This document shows, in pieces, positions 8,713 through 17,123 of a stretch of 64,000 bases of DNA (position 1 is the stretch's first letter; each line of letters begins with the position of its first letter). The position numbers and the translations under genes were made by a program. Under the pieces are notes generated by a model. It was not told the origin of the DNA, searched no databases, and worked only from the letters and a program-made list of their open reading frames with translations. The stretch lies in the IMG/VR virus record IMGVR_UViG_3300031992_000019, one strand, 5' to 3'. Source of the stretch: a virus (Duplodnaviria > Caudoviricetes).

Positions 8713-9579
8713 TTAACCTGCTGATAATCCTTGCGCTCTTCTGCGTGCGCGATATTCCGCTCTTGAACTTGCCTTTGGTTTGGGTGCTCTCGGTGTGTCG
8801 ATGAGTTTCTGGGCATACCGCCTATCCTCGGCTTCGCGTTCCTTGTCGGCAATGGCACTCATAACGTCCTTGAGTTCGCTTGGTCGGATTCTCAAGTCGC
8901 TATGCCGTGTCCTTGTGCGCTCCCCATCAAAATAATGCTCCGCTGGGATGGTTTTACCCCTTTCAAGTTCATCAAGCGAGATAGCTTCGTCTCCGTCAGT
9001 AGAATCACCTTGCCAATAGACATTCGCCCAGTATCTTCCCTTGTTGTCTTGATAGACACTATCTATGCGATGATTCCAGTTGAACTTCGTGTCTATACGT
9101 CCCGTGCGCTTGTCAGGTTGAGAGGACACATACCGCTTCAAGGCATCCATTCCTCCGTTTCTTAATCTCTCGGAGTTGGTGTGTTCGCTTTCGGGGACTC
9201 TGTTAGACCTACGGAGTTCCCTCGCATAGGCATCCACATCACTCACGCCAGTTCGCGTGGCTCTATCCACCTTGAAATCGTCGTTGTAGGCAAGGGGAAT
9301 GCGGTCGTACCTTCTTTCGTAGCGATTCCACTCCTCGCGCACACTCGTTACTGGCGACTTCTTTCTTGTGGTGTTGAGATAGGAATTTGCAGTTCGTCCA
9401 GCATTCCTCACCCTTCGCTCCATATCGTAGGTGTGCGGATTGTAGTCATTGGTGTCCCGATAACCGCTCTCCCTCCACTTGCGTATCTGGGAATCGGTCA
9501 TACCGCCAAGCCTACCGATGCGCTCTATCTGCCTAACGATGTCGTTGTAGGACTTTCCCCTTTGTCTTGTCTTTGCCAT
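8713..9579 (-). CDS. Long MATR-family protein with internal cargo domain
   Basis: MAKTRQRGKSYNDIVRQIERI; ends SSRAEYRARRRAQGLSAG. Confidence 0.85.
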   Translation of the reverse strand: MAKTRQRGKSYNDIVRQIERIGRLGGMTDSQIRKWRESGYRDTNDYNPHTYDMERRVRNAGRTANSYLNTTRKKSPVTSVREEWNRYERRYDRIPLAYNDDFKVDRATRTGVSDVDAYARELRRSNRVPESEHTNSERLRNGGMDALKRYVSSQPDKRTGRIDTKFNWNHRIDSVYQDNKGRYWANVYWQGDSTDGDEAISLDELERGKTIPAEHYFDGERTRTRHSDLRIRPSELKDVMSAIADKEREAEDRRYAQKLIDTPRAPKPKASSRAEYRARRRAQGLSAG

Positions 9580-9582
9580 AGC

Positions 9583-9720
9583 TTAAAATTGTCTTACCTT
9601 GCCGCTCCCACCGATGGGATAGGTCGGGGAAGGAGTATTCTTTCCCCAACTGATGCTCCTTGTGGTGGAGTCGCGCTGAATGTCCTTTAGGACGCTATTG
9701 TTGTGAGTTGATGGTTTCAT
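9583..9720 (-). CDS. Small protein (45 aa), probably leaderless
   Basis: MKPSTHNNSVLK..GGSGKVRQF; ATG 4 nt after TATCTTTG; stop abuts the next start. Confidence 0.5.
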   Translation of the reverse strand: MKPSTHNNSVLKDIQRDSTTRSISWGKNTPSPTYPIGGSGKVRQF

Positions 9721-9723
9721 GCC

Positions 9724-9793
9724 GCAAAGATACGCGATATTACATTCCCACAATCAATTTTCTTTCGTCAAGATGCACAATATCATTTTGTGC
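9724..9793 (-). promoter_or_regulatory. Class A promoter
   Basis: TATCTTTGC 9732-9724, TTGATTG, box 9775-9793. Confidence 0.78.
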
Positions 9794-10160
9794 GGAAATT
9801 CCTCACCATTTCGGCCAATCCGACACGCTTGAGGACATAAAGGAACTCATGGACATAGCGGACATGGATGCGCCAATCGTCATTGTTCTTCTCATAGACC
9901 TTGGAGTAGTACAACACCCCGCTCTCAAACCACCTGATACACGACCCACCAAATATCATCTCAACGAACGCGCCCTTGTCCGTAAACCCGTTCAACAAAA
10001 GCATTTCCCTCGTCAAAGGAATAGGCTCAAGCACCGACGCGTCATAGTTGTTCATGTTCTCGTCCGTGACCTCGTTGAAAGTGCCGTTGATACCGCACAC
10101 CACGATAGGTTTCCCCTTATAGGAGACCCTATCAAGATAACACAATTCAGTGATATTCAT
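9783..10160 (-). CDS. Hypothetical phage protein (EPIPLT..LL.NGF / YVHE type)
   Basis: Motifs common in Bacteroidota phage small proteins. Confidence 0.75.
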   Translation of the reverse strand: MNITELCYLDRVSYKGKPIVVCGINGTFNEVTDENMNNYDASVLEPIPLTREMLLLNGFTDKGAFVEMIFGGSCIRWFESGVLYYSKVYEKNNDDWRIHVRYVHEFLYVLKRVGLAEMVRNFRTK

Positions 10161-10497
10161 CTTCTACAAAATATTTGCAAATTATACCATTCTGCTCAAC
10201 AAAGAACTGGAAGGAGGCATTGAAATAGTTTGGTTTCGGATAGTTCTTATCCCAAGTGTTTCTGCCCATCTTTCCGTCTTGTTGGTTCTTTATATCCCTC
10301 ATCTCGGTCTTGTTGGACGCATAATGCAACCCCAATCTGTATCTGGCATAGAAAAGACACTTATTGCGGAGGTGACAATACCCGTTCACGCAGCTTATCC
10401 GCTTATCCTTAATCTTGTAGTCTTGCGGAAGGTCTATTGCCCTCACAAGTCCTTCATATTGCTGCCAGAAATACTCTAATGTTTCTTCATCATTCAT
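10147..10497 (-). CDS. Hypothetical protein
   Basis: Start reassigned to MNDEET (ATGA overlap); Cys cluster. Confidence 0.62.
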   Translation of the reverse strand: MNDEETLEYFWQQYEGLVRAIDLPQDYKIKDKRISCVNGYCHLRNKCLFYARYRLGLHYASNKTEMRDIKNQQDGKMGRNTWDKNYPKPNYFNASFQFFVEQNGIICKYFVEDEYH

Positions 10498-10799
10498 TTC
10501 TCTATCATTTTTAATGCAAGAGGCTTTTGGGAGACATCGGTCATCTTCTGTATCGCCCACCACCTCAAGAAATCTCGTGAAATATCTCTCTTCACCCACC
10601 GATTCGATGAGGAATACTCAAAAATCACGTCATAGCCGTGGTTCATGCCCAGACCTTCGTTGCTTATCTCGGCATAATCCACGACCCATAGTTTACCATC
10701 GGGACAGACCTTCTTGATATACATCACCTCGAAGGAGTATCTGTTTCTCTTGAAGATACAATCCCCGACACCTATCCTTTTAGCCTCTTCGCGGTTCAT
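10494..10799 (-). CDS. Hypothetical protein
   Basis: Operon continuity. Confidence 0.62.
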   Translation of the reverse strand: MNREEAKRIGVGDCIFKRNRYSFEVMYIKKVCPDGKLWVVDYAEISNEGLGMNHGYDVIFEYSSSNRWVKRDISRDFLRWWAIQKMTDVSQKPLALKMIEK

Positions 10800-11091
10800 G
10801 CTCTTCGAGATATTCTATGAGGAGTTCACCCCGTTCCTTTATGTCTTGGATGGTTTCAAGTATATCCACCGCCAAGTCCTTGTCATCCTCATCGGAGGAA
10901 CACAATAGTTCGTCAGCAAGGCTCTTGACCATCTCGGATGTCTTTATGTACGCATCCAGCAACAGGACAAGGGCATTGTGGCTTTTCAGTTTGCCGCCCT
11001 TGACCTTATCCAAGCATTGCGTCTCCATCTCGTTGTAGCCATTGAGCATAGCCTCGGAGGTGTGACGCAGTTTATATCCGCTATCCGTCAT
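10780..11091 (-). CDS. Hypothetical protein
   Basis: First gene after a class C promoter. Confidence 0.72.
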   Translation of the reverse strand: MTDSGYKLRHTSEAMLNGYNEMETQCLDKVKGGKLKSHNALVLLLDAYIKTSEMVKSLADELLCSSDEDDKDLAVDILETIQDIKERGELLIEYLEEHEPRRG

Positions 11092-11102
11092 ACTTTTCTT
11101 TT

Positions 11103-11130
11103 ATAACGGACAAAAGGGCATTTTCTTTAC
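11103..11130 (-). promoter_or_regulatory. Class C promoter GTAAA-N17-CGTTAT
   Basis: gtaaa gaaaatgcccttttgtc cgttat on the minus strand. Confidence 0.72.
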
Positions 11131-11162
11131 GTGTATTGCAAGATAATCGTTTGATTTAATGT

Positions 11163-11453
11163 TTACGATGCAAGGATGTTCTTTCGCTCTTCGGGGGAGA
11201 GTTCTATCTTCAGCCGTTGCCCGAAGATGTCCCAGAGTTCTACCTCTTTGCCCCCGATGATGTCCATCATCCCGAAGGGAGTGTCGGCTTCTGCCTCGAA
11301 ATAGTCCTTCTCGACTATCGTCAGCAGAATCCTCTCGTTTTCGAGCCGTACCGCGTCTATTTCAGCCAAGGGTACATTTCTACCGCCCACAAGGTAAAAC
11401 CCCTCAAAAACGGCATCTATCGGCTTGTACGAGCCTTTAACCTTCGCGTTCAT
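11163..11453 (-). CDS. Hypothetical protein
   Basis: Start MNAKVKG; weakly resembles 11771..12124. Confidence 0.62.
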   Translation of the reverse strand: MNAKVKGSYKPIDAVFEGFYLVGGRNVPLAEIDAVRLENERILLTIVEKDYFEAEADTPFGMMDIIGGKEVELWDIFGQRLKIELSPEERKNILAS

Positions 11454-11739
11454 ACAACTCGAAGTGGATATCGTCCACAAGGGACTTGATTCGGGACTCG
11501 TACTCTTCGTCATTCTCTTCTCGCTCGTGGGTGAGCCACACCTCGCGCAGATGGGTCATGAACTCGACTTTCCAGCCTACAAACGCACCGAAGAACGCGG
11601 AAAGGTTTCCAGCATCTTCGGGCAAATCGGACACCTCAAATTTCTTGATGTCCTCGACTCTTTCTCTCTTCACCTCTTCGGGTGTGAGACGGGCAAGGCA
11701 CTCTTGTACCTCGCCCTCTGGGTAGTTGTACTCTATCAT
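11437..11739 (-). CDS. Hypothetical acidic protein
   Basis: Start MIEYNYP. Confidence 0.65.
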   Translation of the reverse strand: MIEYNYPEGEVQECLARLTPEEVKRERVEDIKKFEVSDLPEDAGNLSAFFGAFVGWKVEFMTHLREVWLTHEREENDEEYESRIKSLVDDIHFELYEREG

Positions 11740-11770
11740 ATTAAAAAGCGATATAGTTAAAGGCGGTTGG

Positions 11771-12124
11771 TTAGACCGCCATACCCTTGATTTTCTTGTT
11801 AGCTTTCTCACACTCACCGAACTCGACCTCGAAGGTGTTGCCGAAGTTGTCGGTAGCCTCGCCCGAAACAAGGTTGAACCCGATGATGTGGTTGTCGGCT
11901 ATGTCAGCACCGCCATTTGCCACAATCTCGAACTCGCCAGACTCGCCAATTACGTCTAAAATGTATTCGGGGTACTCGCCATCTATTGTGAAGCCATCTA
12001 CCTCGAAGTCATCTACCCATACCTTCTTGATGTTCTCTATGGGGACAATCTTGCCCTCGATGATGTAACTTTCTTCGCCAGTGACCTCGATGTTGCGCCA
12101 CTCATTGTTTACTAATGCCTTCAT
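11771..12124 (-). CDS. Highly acidic early protein
   Basis: Start MKALVNNEW after class B promoter TACATTTGC 12194-12186; D/E-rich. Confidence 0.72.
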   Translation of the reverse strand: MKALVNNEWRNIEVTGEESYIIEGKIVPIENIKKVWVDDFEVDGFTIDGEYPEYILDVIGESGEFEIVANGGADIADNHIIGFNLVSGEATDNFGNTFEVEFGECEKANKKIKGMAV

Positions 12125-12291
12125 ATTAAGAGGTATTACTCGGGTACGTTGCCCGCTCGGTCGCAAGACTGATTCTTTTGACACCGCAAATGTACGATAT
12201 TATATTGGATTAAGCAAGATTATTTTATAGTTTTATCCAATATATGTATAGTTTTAACCAATATTAACGCGATTTGTAATGTCCAATAGAC

Positions 12292-12329
12292 AAAAAAATA
12301 GAGATGACACCGAAATGCCACCTCTATTG
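12292..12329 (-). terminator. Intrinsic terminator of the MATR/ParB/PP-loop operon
   Basis: Minus strand ATAGAGGTGGCA-TTTCGG-TGTCATCTCTAT followed by a T run. Confidence 0.75.
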
Positions 12330-12348
12330 TCAAAATAAGCAATGAAAG

Positions 12349-12927
12349 TTAACCAGTTGATACTGCGCGGTAGGGTGCTGGACGACCGTTGCCGCGTCCT
12401 GTGAGTGCGGTGATTTCGTCCTCGGATGCTCCGTTTGCCCTCAATGTGGCTTCGAGCCTTGCGAGTGCTTCGGGTGAACGCTTGTCGTTGTTCAAGCCTA
12501 CCCTTACGTAATAGTCGCGCTGGCGGCGGTTGGCTTCGCTTGTCATCCTTCCGTTTTCGCCCTTGCGTGTGCCGCTCTGCCTCTTGTTGCCCTTGGAGTC
12601 GAGAACTGCCGTTCCGTCATCGTTCTTCGGGGTGAAGAGGTTGGTCTTGGCGTTCTTGGTGTCCGTTCCAATGAGCCTTCCGTTCTCATCGCGCTTGGCT
12701 ACCGCCAGTTTGCCGCCCTTTGAGGTGGTGGAGTCTGCGGTGTACCTTCCGTCCTGATAGTTCTGGTTCATTGCGCCCATAGAGGAACGTCCATCGGTAC
12801 GGGTGTGGTAAGGAGTGTTGCCGACCTTCGTCACGTTATAGTGCTTGACCTTGACACCCTTGCCCCTCAACTTCTCGTCGAGTTTCTGCCCGAGTTCTGC
12901 TGTCCTTTTCGGTTTTCGTGTTGCCAT
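12349..12927 (-). CDS. Long MATR-family basic protein
   Basis: MATRKPKR; NRRQRDYYVRVGL; ends RAVSTG; own class A promoter. Confidence 0.85.
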   Translation of the reverse strand: MATRKPKRTAELGQKLDEKLRGKGVKVKHYNVTKVGNTPYHTRTDGRSSMGAMNQNYQDGRYTADSTTSKGGKLAVAKRDENGRLIGTDTKNAKTNLFTPKNDDGTAVLDSKGNKRQSGTRKGENGRMTSEANRRQRDYYVRVGLNNDKRSPEALARLEATLRANGASEDEITALTGRGNGRPAPYRAVSTG

Positions 12928-12955
12928 ATTATTTAGTTAATTTAAGTTTCACGCT

Positions 12956-13026
12956 GCAAAGATAGGGGTTTATTCCTCTTCGCAATCATTTTCATCCGTT
13001 TCACTTTGCACTATTCTTTGTTGTGC
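12956..13026 (-). promoter_or_regulatory. Class A promoter (box lies inside the 3' end of the PP-loop gene)
   Basis: TATCTTTGC 12964-12956, TGATTG, TTGCAC-N11-GTGCAA with core 13008-13026. Confidence 0.78.
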
Positions 13027-13707
13027 AAGTTTCCTTCTCTCCGCTTCGTCATACTCAAAGAGAATAGTCCTCGCAAACGGAAAGACTTCGTAGATTTTCA
13101 GCAGGTCTTGGGGGTAGTTCTCCCTCAACCAGAGAAAGCAGTCCTTCGAGAATCCCACACCCGATGATGCCTTTAACGAGTACCTCACGGGTTCGGGGAT
13201 GCCCCTATTCTTCATATACAAAAGAATCTCCTTCTGCGTCCAGCTCGCCAACGGATAGACCAGACCCTTGTTGATGTAGTCGCTCTCCTTGTAGGTGTTG
13301 AGCATAAGCCTTCGGTTCATCGAGTCGGCTTTCTTCATACCCAAGAAGACATACTCCACATTATAGGTCAGCCTTATCGTCTTTATCACGTCGTCCAACT
13401 TAATCAACTTGACATTCGGGTCGGGTGCGCAGTAGAGTCCGCTCCTCAATACATAACTTAACGTCCAATGGGGGATTTCCACGAACTCTATATTCGGATA
13501 TCTCGCCTTCGTCCAGTTTATCCATCTTTGGATGTGGTCTAACCCCTTGACGAAATACATGAAGAAACACACTATCCTATTGAATTTCGGATAGCACAAG
13601 TCCAAGGTCACGAGGGAGTCCTTTCCTAACGACAGTCCTATCGCTATCGTGTCGGTCTGCTCCCTCACCTTGTCAATGACCAGATTGGCTTCTTGCAGCT
13701 TGTTCAT
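12970..13707 (-). CDS. PAPS-reductase-like PP-loop (adenine nucleotide alpha hydrolase) protein
   Basis: GLSLGKDS PP-loop, GMKKADSMNRR, YPLASWTQKEI. Confidence 0.88.
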   Translation of the reverse strand: MNKLQEANLVIDKVREQTDTIAIGLSLGKDSLVTLDLCYPKFNRIVCFFMYFVKGLDHIQRWINWTKARYPNIEFVEIPHWTLSYVLRSGLYCAPDPNVKLIKLDDVIKTIRLTYNVEYVFLGMKKADSMNRRLMLNTYKESDYINKGLVYPLASWTQKEILLYMKNRGIPEPVRYSLKASSGVGFSKDCFLWLRENYPQDLLKIYEVFPFARTILFEYDEAERRKLAQQRIVQSETDENDCEEE

Positions 13708-13910
13708 CCCACACCCATATAAGTGGTTCGCGAATACTTCTTGTCATACGCATCCCTCCCCTTGAATGAAGGGTGCTTGATGATGTTGTCCGTGTATCGG
13801 TCTGCCGCAATGTTCGCCCTGTCCACACGTTCCTTGGTGGCGCGTGGGTGGTTCTCAATCCTCTCTGCTTGCGCGAGGATGTCGGAAAAACTTTTCTTTC
13901 GTGTTGCCAT
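13704..13910 (-). CDS. Minimal MATR-family protein between ParB-like and PP-loop genes
   Basis: MATRKKSFSDILAQAERI..RYTDNI..KKYSRTTYMGVG; overlaps both neighbours. Confidence 0.88.
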   Translation of the reverse strand: MATRKKSFSDILAQAERIENHPRATKERVDRANIAADRYTDNIIKHPSFKGRDAYDKKYSRTTYMGVG

Positions 13911-14731
13911 TACTCTTCGTCTTCAAATGAATCGTCAACCAGTGGTTCGCATCGCATCTCGAAGTCCTCCCCCTTGATTGTACGGCTATAAGGGTCGTAG
14001 TTGAATTTCTGGCAGAAGGCGGCTTTCGCGTTGAAGGTGGAGAAACTCAACACGAGGAAGGCATCCATATTCTGCGCGTTCTCGACGGCTTGCTCACGGA
14101 CTTGCTGCTTGACATCCTTCATGTGCTGCACCCTCTGCTCCCTCGTCATCTCCTCCTGTGCAAGTCTTTCGGCTTCCTTTGAGGCTTCGCGGATGGCGGC
14201 TCTCTCGGCTTTCTCCTGCTCATGCTGCTCGTTTACTGGAGCCATAAGGTCATCCAAGGCATTTCGCGTGTCTGACTGCCCAGCCGTCTTGTAGAGGTCT
14301 TCCAAGCCAATCATTGAAAGGTCGGCTTCGGTGAGTCCAGCATCCTTGTAGTCGATGTCGGGAACGATGGCGGCTAACTTGTCGAAGTCCCACTGCCCTT
14401 GCGCGTTGGGGTTGTTCAAGAGGATAAGGAGCGCATCCGCATCCTTCTTGTCCAAGTCCACCACATCGCAGCGAATCTTGTAGTCGGTTTCGGGTGTGCC
14501 GTCGTACTTCTGAATCTCGTCCATGATGGTGAGTCGCTGGTGTCCAGAGAGGAGCGTGTAGCCGTACCTCTTGTTTACAACGATACCTCCCACCAGACCG
14601 AACTTCTTGATGCCCCTCTTGAGCTTCTTCTTGGATTCGGGGTCGATACGTCTTGGGTTGTTCTCGCTGAATTGGATTTCGGAGCGCATCAGTTCGATGT
14701 TCTCCGAGGTGAAAAGTTCTGATAGTTGCAT
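13910..14731 (-). CDS. ParB/Srx N-terminal domain protein
   Basis: NPRRI, KKFGLVGGIVVN, LLSGHQRL, LNNPNAQGQWD. Confidence 0.88.
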   Translation of the reverse strand: MQLSELFTSENIELMRSEIQFSENNPRRIDPESKKKLKRGIKKFGLVGGIVVNKRYGYTLLSGHQRLTIMDEIQKYDGTPETDYKIRCDVVDLDKKDADALLILLNNPNAQGQWDFDKLAAIVPDIDYKDAGLTEADLSMIGLEDLYKTAGQSDTRNALDDLMAPVNEQHEQEKAERAAIREASKEAERLAQEEMTREQRVQHMKDVKQQVREQAVENAQNMDAFLVLSFSTFNAKAAFCQKFNYDPYSRTIKGEDFEMRCEPLVDDSFEDEE

Positions 14732-14751
14732 TGTGTTTGTGTATTTAGTGA

Positions 14752-15024
14752 TTAACCTTCGTTTCCAGCACGCGCGGAGTAAGACCGCTTGGTCTCATAA
14801 GCCTTGTTCACGGCTTGCCCAGGCATCATACCGCTCTCCACGTTACGTTTGTACTCCCTCTTGACCCTTTCCGAGTTGTTGATGTTTGAAACGTACCTTT
14901 GGGCGATGGCTTTTGCCCTCTTGAGCCACGGGTTGTTGGAGTCATAGTTCTCCACCGCGTTCTCCGCAATCCTGTTGTACTGGTCTATGATGTCCTTTGC
15001 GGACTTTCTCCTACGTGTTGCCAT
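14752..15024 (-). CDS. MATR-family basic protein
   Basis: MATRRRKSAKDIIDQYNRI; RYVSNI; ends AGNEG. Confidence 0.88.
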   Translation of the reverse strand: MATRRRKSAKDIIDQYNRIAENAVENYDSNNPWLKRAKAIAQRYVSNINNSERVKREYKRNVESGMMPGQAVNKAYETKRSYSARAGNEG

Positions 15025-15025
15025 A

Positions 15026-15304
15026 TTATCCTACTCCCATATAAGTTGAACGGGAATACTTCTTCGTGTTGATTTTCGCGATGTCCTCAAAGCTCGCGTT
15101 CTCGCCTTGGCTGGCTACATTCCTATAACCGCTCTGCTTGGCGATGTTTGCCGCATACCTCTTATATGCGTCCTTGATGCGCTTATCCCTCGCGTCAAGC
15201 ACCGCAGCTTGTGACGGGTCTTGCACCCACCTCCTATTTATCGCATTGCGAATCCTCAATGTCTGGTTGATGAGGTCATCCAAAGATTTCTTTCTTGTTG
15301 CCAT
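15026..15304 (-). CDS. MATR-family basic protein
   Basis: MATRKKSLDDL; KKYSRSTYMGVG. Confidence 0.88.
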   Translation of the reverse strand: MATRKKSLDDLINQTLRIRNAINRRWVQDPSQAAVLDARDKRIKDAYKRYAANIAKQSGYRNVASQGENASFEDIAKINTKKYSRSTYMGVG

Positions 15305-15305
15305 A

Positions 15306-15602
15306 TTATCCGTTGCTCAATGCCCTCGTTGTCGATGCGTTCTGATAACCCGTGTACTTCTTGCGATAGCCTTCTGCTGCGATAGTCCCGTAGGTCTGAC
15401 TCATAGGTAATATCGTTTTTTTGAGCAGATTCTTCTGGCTTCTCGTACCCACGATGTTCTCGCGATACTTGTCACTGATGTCGTATGCGCGGAGTGCCCT
15501 ATTATAGGCGCGTGGTGTACCAAGTTTTATTGCGAGTGCTCCAATACGCAGCCTCTGTCTGGTAATATCTTCCAGTGACTTTGCTCTTTTTCTTGTTGCC
15601 AT
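15306..15602 (-). CDS. MATR-family basic protein
   Basis: MATRKRAKSLEDI; ends ALSNG. Confidence 0.88.
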   Translation of the reverse strand: MATRKRAKSLEDITRQRLRIGALAIKLGTPRAYNRALRAYDISDKYRENIVGTRSQKNLLKKTILPMSQTYGTIAAEGYRKKYTGYQNASTTRALSNG

Positions 15603-15604
15603 AA

Positions 15605-15928
15605 TTAGCCTCCGTTTTTACCCATGTAGGTGGATTGTGAATACTTGCGGTTGCGATAAGCATCATAAAACCTATCTGCATCCTCGTAGTTCTTGTTCTT
15701 ACGGGCTTCCTCATACTTAGCCATCATCTTACGGACATAAGGAGACCGCTTGATGATGTTTCGAGTATAATGAGGTTGTGTGAGTGCATTGTATTCCCTA
15801 TTACGGGTGCGATTCAATGCCTCCTCGTCATTGTTCCTCTCGTAACGACCTTGTAATTCCGCCGAAAGGTCTTCTATACGATGCCGTTGGTCAATAATGT
15901 CCTGAATGGATTTCTTTCTCGTTGCCAT
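15605..15928 (-). CDS. MATR-family basic protein
   Basis: Start reassigned to MATRKKSIQDIIDQ; RKYSQSTYMGKNGG. Confidence 0.88.
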   Translation of the reverse strand: MATRKKSIQDIIDQRHRIEDLSAELQGRYERNNDEEALNRTRNREYNALTQPHYTRNIIKRSPYVRKMMAKYEEARKNKNYEDADRFYDAYRNRKYSQSTYMGKNGG

Positions 15929-15929
15929 A

Positions 15930-16346
15930 TTATCCTTGTGATAAACCTTGTGACTTGCGGCTTTCTCGGTATAGTTTCCGTTGTGCCGCACGATACGTGT
16001 TGTTAAGTTCACTCTCCGATGCCTCAGACTTGAACCGCCAAGTCCCGTTTGCGCCGTACTCCGTCTTGAGGTTGGTATTCAACCCTTGTCGGGTGGCTGC
16101 GTTGTTAAGCATCCTCCATAGGCGTTGACGTTCAATGTCCGCTTTCCTCTCGTTTCTCAAGGTCCGGTTGTACTCGGCTCTCGCCCCTCGCGCCCTACCC
16201 TTCTTGTTGGTGAACGCATCCCTCAAGTCCCGATGAAAAGTGTTGTTGATTCTGCGGTTTCCCGTCAAATCGCCTGCATAAAGCATATTTACAAGCCTTT
16301 CATATTGCGCTTGTTTCTCGGCTCTCGTCTTTTTTCTCGTTGCCAT
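15930..16346 (-). CDS. MATR-family basic protein
   Basis: MATRKKTRAEKQAQYERL; ends KSQGLSQG. Confidence 0.87.
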   Translation of the reverse strand: MATRKKTRAEKQAQYERLVNMLYAGDLTGNRRINNTFHRDLRDAFTNKKGRARGARAEYNRTLRNERKADIERQRLWRMLNNAATRQGLNTNLKTEYGANGTWRFKSEASESELNNTYRAAQRKLYRESRKSQGLSQG

Positions 16347-16352
16347 AATAGT

Positions 16353-16400
16353 TTACTTTCCGCAACCCTTGCCTTTGCCCTTACCTTTCTTCTTGCACAT
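16353..16400 (-). CDS. Micro-peptide MCKKKGKGKGKGCGK (15 aa)
   Basis: Fills the gap between two MATR genes with 4- and 6-nt spacers. Confidence 0.6.
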   Translation of the reverse strand: MCKKKGKGKGKGCGK

Positions 16401-16404
16401 AGTT

Positions 16405-16761
16405 TTAAGTGTTTGAGTTAGACTTCGATGCTATGCCCATTCGCTGCTCACGGGTAGCCGATGCTCCCTTGTAGGCTGCGAAAGCCACGTTATCTCCATA
16501 CCCCGCTGCTCGCGCGGTGTTCCTTTCGTAGTTGTCACGCGCATTGCGCACACGCGCCATCCTTTCACCCAACTGGTTGGTTCGGGCGACTGAACGCCCA
16601 TATCCCCTCGCCTCCCAAGGGCTGCGGTAGTTTCTCCGATACTCGGCTTCTACACCCCTCTGGAAGTCCTTCCTTGCTCCCCACTCCCTATCAAGGCTGG
16701 TGAGAATCCTATTGGCTTGCTCGGTGATTTGCTGAATAGTTTTCCTTCGTCTTGTTGCCAT
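16405..16761 (-). CDS. MATR-family basic protein
   Basis: MATRRRKTIQQITEQANRI; ends SNSNT. Confidence 0.87.
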   Translation of the reverse strand: MATRRRKTIQQITEQANRILTSLDREWGARKDFQRGVEAEYRRNYRSPWEARGYGRSVARTNQLGERMARVRNARDNYERNTARAAGYGDNVAFAAYKGASATREQRMGIASKSNSNT

Positions 16762-16762
16762 A

Positions 16763-17119
16763 TTACCCGTTACTTGCGGCTTTCGCTGCGTTAGTGTTAT
16801 AGTTCACATACTTGCGGTTGTCCATCTTGTCGTAGTACCGATAGGCTTTTTCATCCTCATCCCAATATTTTTCTTCGTTGTCATCCATAAACGCCTCGTA
16901 TTTCGCCGCTTGTGCCTTATTAACCCTTTGCAGGTCGCGCTGGAAAGTGGATGAACCAGTAATGTTGTTGTTATACTCCCTTGCTATGTTACGCGCCCTT
17001 TCCAATCTTCCTTGGTTGCGCTCCCTTTCCCTTGCATAGGGTGAAGTTGCGAGTAACTTGATTCTTGCAACTTGTCGCCTTATGTCAGCGAGGGATTTCT
17101 GCCTTTTCCGTGTTGCCAT
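16763..17119 (-). CDS. MATR-family basic protein
   Basis: MATRKRQKSLADI; RKYVNYNTNAAKAASNG. Confidence 0.88.
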   Translation of the reverse strand: MATRKRQKSLADIRRQVARIKLLATSPYARERERNQGRLERARNIAREYNNNITGSSTFQRDLQRVNKAQAAKYEAFMDDNEEKYWDEDEKAYRYYDKMDNRKYVNYNTNAAKAASNG

Positions 17120-17123
17120 AACT

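Noticed and set aside
12970-13707. Bona fide sulfate-assimilation PAPS reductase (cysH)
   Set aside because: Lacks the C-terminal ECGLH catalytic motif and has no sulfur-pathway neighbours; treated only as a PP-loop family member.
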